Shown piece by piece: positions 33,280-36,256 of a stretch of 36,256 nt of DNA; within the stretch, counting starts at the first letter, position 1; the number at the start of each line of letters is the position of its first letter. The stretch is from Trichomonas gallinae (lineage: Eukaryota): NCBI GenBank assembly GCA_008369845.1, contig MRSU01011329.1, positions 1-36,256 on the forward strand. The letters run 5' to 3'. Position numbers and translations under genes: made by a program. The notes below the pieces were generated by a model, which was given only the letters and a program-made list of their open reading frames with translations, was not told where the DNA came from and ran no database searches.

Positions 33280-34142
33280 ATGTAACGTATTTTTGCCGAT
33301 TCATTGGATTGAAAATAGATATAAAAAATCTTATTATTTCAATTGGATGCATTTTATAATTTTGCGATTTTCGGGAAACTTTTGAGAGAATTGAGCGAAG
33401 CTCAATTCTCTCAAAAGTCTTACCAAAAATCGCCAATCTTGTTCCACTCAATTATTCAAACGGTGTTCCTGCATTTGAACAAGTTTGAAAAATTGAATGG
33501 ATCAAGATTTTTTTTTTCAAATATATGGATGATGGATGATTTTCTACAAAATAATCCATATTCAACTCATAAACAGTTATATTGTTATATATTCTTGTGA
33601 TTATGTTGAATTATGTTAAAATGTTAATTATTTGAACAAATTTCAAATTTTATATGATGTTAATTATCACAAATAATTAGGAATTGAAAATAACAATTAA
33701 TGCATTCATTATTCACTTAGTTTTTTTGAATATTTTTTCTAATTTTATTTCATTTATTAATTTTCATGTTTTGCTCAATATGGATATAAAAAACATATAA
33801 TTTATTTTGTTGATTTATATAATTAATCGACAGATATCGATTTTGTTAACTTTCAAAAATATTTTATTATTTTTCTATAATAATTAAGAATTCGCTTCAA
33901 AGCTGCATCATAAATCAAGTGTATAATGAATAATGAATATTGCACTGTGCTATCGCATCAAAAATCGAATTCCTTATCAAGGAGACATTGTTTTCTCTCA
34001 AATTATTTGTGACCTCTTTCAAAAAACGTGTTTGAAATATTTTAAGATAAAATATAGCATCGTAATAATCTAACGATGACATATTTAGAAAACAATTAAG
34101 TTTCGAAACAACAGAAAATTGAAAAAAAAAAACTATCATTTA

Positions 34143-34817
34143 ATGTCATTGTACAAAACACCAATCAAACTCATCATTTTTGACAACGATGGAACACTTA
34201 TGAACACAGAGTGGGTTTATTCTGTGGCACACAAACAGTGCACAGGCTTTGAACTTGACTGGGATTTCAAAATAAATTTAATGGGAAAGACTCCGATCGA
34301 AGCTTGCAGGCTGACAGTTGAACACTATGGCCTCAAAGAGTCTCCTGAGTCACTGTGTGAGCGCCGCACTAAAATAGTGAATGAGTATTGGCCGACGATT
34401 CCATTGATGCCTGGCGCCGAAAAAATTGTTAATGAGTTCAAGAAGAGAGGACTTAAAGTCTCAATAGCAACAGCATCAATGAGGCCAGGATTCAATCTAA
34501 AGGCATCTGGTCACAAAGACTTCGTAGCTTTGATGGATGCCATTGTAACAGCTGACGAAGTTGAGCGTGGAAAACCAGCACCTGATTTATTCTTAAAGGC
34601 TTTATCTAAGTTTGAAGGAATCAAGCCGGAGGAGGCATTGGTTTTCGAAGACTCTCCTCTAGGTATTCGTGCAGCGAATTTGGCTGGAATGCCTTCGGTT
34701 TATGTTCCAGATGAAAATATGGATGTTGAAAAGTCTCTTGCTGATCAAGATGCTCATCCAACATGCGTCATTGATTCACTTGAGCACTTCGACTTCTCTA
34801 AATTTGTATTTGCATGA
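34143..34817 (+). CDS. HAD-superfamily phosphatase (HDHD1/PUDP-like), paralog of 5576-6265
   Basis: FDNDGTL, ATAS, GKPAPDLF, VFEDSPLG motifs. ATG at 34143 is preceded by a TCATT Inr at 34136-34140. Confidence 0.92.
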   Translation: MSLYKTPIKLIIFDNDGTLMNTEWVYSVAHKQCTGFELDWDFKINLMGKTPIEACRLTVEHYGLKESPESLCERRTKIVNEYWPTIPLMPGAEKIVNEFKKRGLKVSIATASMRPGFNLKASGHKDFVALMDAIVTADEVERGKPAPDLFLKALSKFEGIKPEEALVFEDSPLGIRAANLAGMPSVYVPDENMDVEKSLADQDAHPTCVIDSLEHFDFSKFVFA

Positions 34818-35277
34818 TTGAAAAAATTATGATATATTTTTTTTGTTGACAATTCTCAGCATATCAAATAAAAATTAGCTATACAATTCATGAAAAGGAT
34901 CCATTTTGAACTAAATGATTTGTATTTTATGGTTTTCAAAATTTGAAAAATAATGAATTTCAAATGTTAGAATTTGCATCTAAACATTATACAGTGATGT
35001 AAATGTATCATATTTGCACATAAAATATGTGTAATATGGATATTTTTAAAAACAAATTCCTATAGACTGCATTTAAAGCATTAACATATGATATACAGGA
35101 TTATATTTTGAAAACAAACTTTAGTCTACCGTACTCACTCACTAACAATGACATGATTTGTCGATTTTTTTTAAAAAAAATGAAATTTATCGATAGACTA
35201 TATAATATTTATTGAAACAATATATAAACATGTATAGAAACAAATTCGAGTAAAATTCAAATAAAAGAGTTGATGAA

Positions 35278-36231
35278 TCATTTCAGATTCCAAGCTAGTT
35301 TCCATTTTCGATCACGATGATATACAGGATTAGGTGGTGAAGTAGATTGGTATAAGCATCCATAAAGATACAGATTTGATATTCGAAAAGCAGAGTAAGA
35401 ATTGCCAGTTATTTGAAATGTATTTGTGTTAATATTATTATGAACATCTGTCTCAATATGACAATTCTTGAATACAATTCTAGCATTAGAATTTCGATCA
35501 ATGCCTGTATAAGGGTTTGAATTTTGTATGATTAAGCAATTTTCAACAAATGTTTCACTATTTGCAGGTAAATTTTCAAAATAAATAGTGCCACGTGTAA
35601 AGCCTAGATATGATGTAGTAGTGTCTGTGTTGTTTACATATTGACAATACATAATGTGATACAGGCATATGCTATGAAATGTTGAACGACAATCAGATAT
35701 TGATGAGCTAAAATATGAGTATGAAACAGTTGATTGTTCTTTTGCTTCTAAAACATAATGTGCATTCATTTCTATGAGTATATTTGAAATATTAATTGAT
35801 TTTATTTCAATAGAACCTGATTCTGATTGACAAAATAGTGTTCCCATATATGTTTTGATCTCATGGAATGATGATTCGATTATCTTATTTTGATATTGAA
35901 TGTTTGAAATACTGCAGCATCCTCCCATTTCTTTGCCTGGATAGACTTGTGTTTCGATATCAAATGCACAAACACGATATATTACGCTCTGACCACCTGC
36001 AAGCAATATGCAAACGGCCTTTGTATTATGTTCAGCACGAGATTTTTCATCAATTCTAGATATGTGCATAAATTTAGATCTAGCAATAAGAAACATAACA
36101 TTTTTAGGAATATTAATCACTGTATCCTTGAAATCCCGAAAAGTTGCATAATCGATATAAATATTTCCTTGGCAAGTCAGTAGTATATGTATGGGGGTTA
36201 TTTGCCAAAATTTGCAAATGCCTCTATGACC
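35278..36231 (-). pseudogene. Asn/Ser/Cys-rich putative surface family gene, 5' end disrupted or lying outside the window
   Basis: The frame extends upstream of the GTG at 36120 with homologous GNIYIDYATFR to an in-frame TGA at 36232-36234. It shares FL.....KF, RVC.F, GG..S..N, RSTF, IYFE, NC.I..N blocks with 32325-33279. Confidence 0.6.
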
Positions 36232-36256
36232 TCATTTTTGAAGGATTTAAGTCAAT

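Overview
AT-rich, intron-poor eukaryotic genomic DNA that looks like Trichomonas vaginalis or a close parabasalid. The evidence is TCA(T/C)T initiator and AAAGTGAC motifs just before ATGs, intronless genes, and the gene families present. Housekeeping and expanded-family genes include two HAD phosphatases, a CAMK-type kinase, a USP deubiquitinase, a 2607-aa BEACH protein, a Rab GTPase, a two-domain (atypical) E2F, a CLASP/TOG-like protein, a thioredoxin and an adjacent bacterial-type nitroreductase. There are also several intact or decayed members of an Asn/Ser/Cys/Tyr-rich putative surface-protein family. The main observations outside the ORF track are: (i) a 212-bp MITE-like element with 10-bp perfect terminal inverted repeats and a 7-bp target duplication, whose removal restores a reading frame; (ii) a dispersed TTTACAWGWCA-like motif that forms 19-21-bp-period arrays in several intergenic regions; (iii) a small ORF with a permuted papain-like (PPPDE/LRAT-type) catalytic signature. 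No tRNA, rRNA or CRISPR array was recognised.
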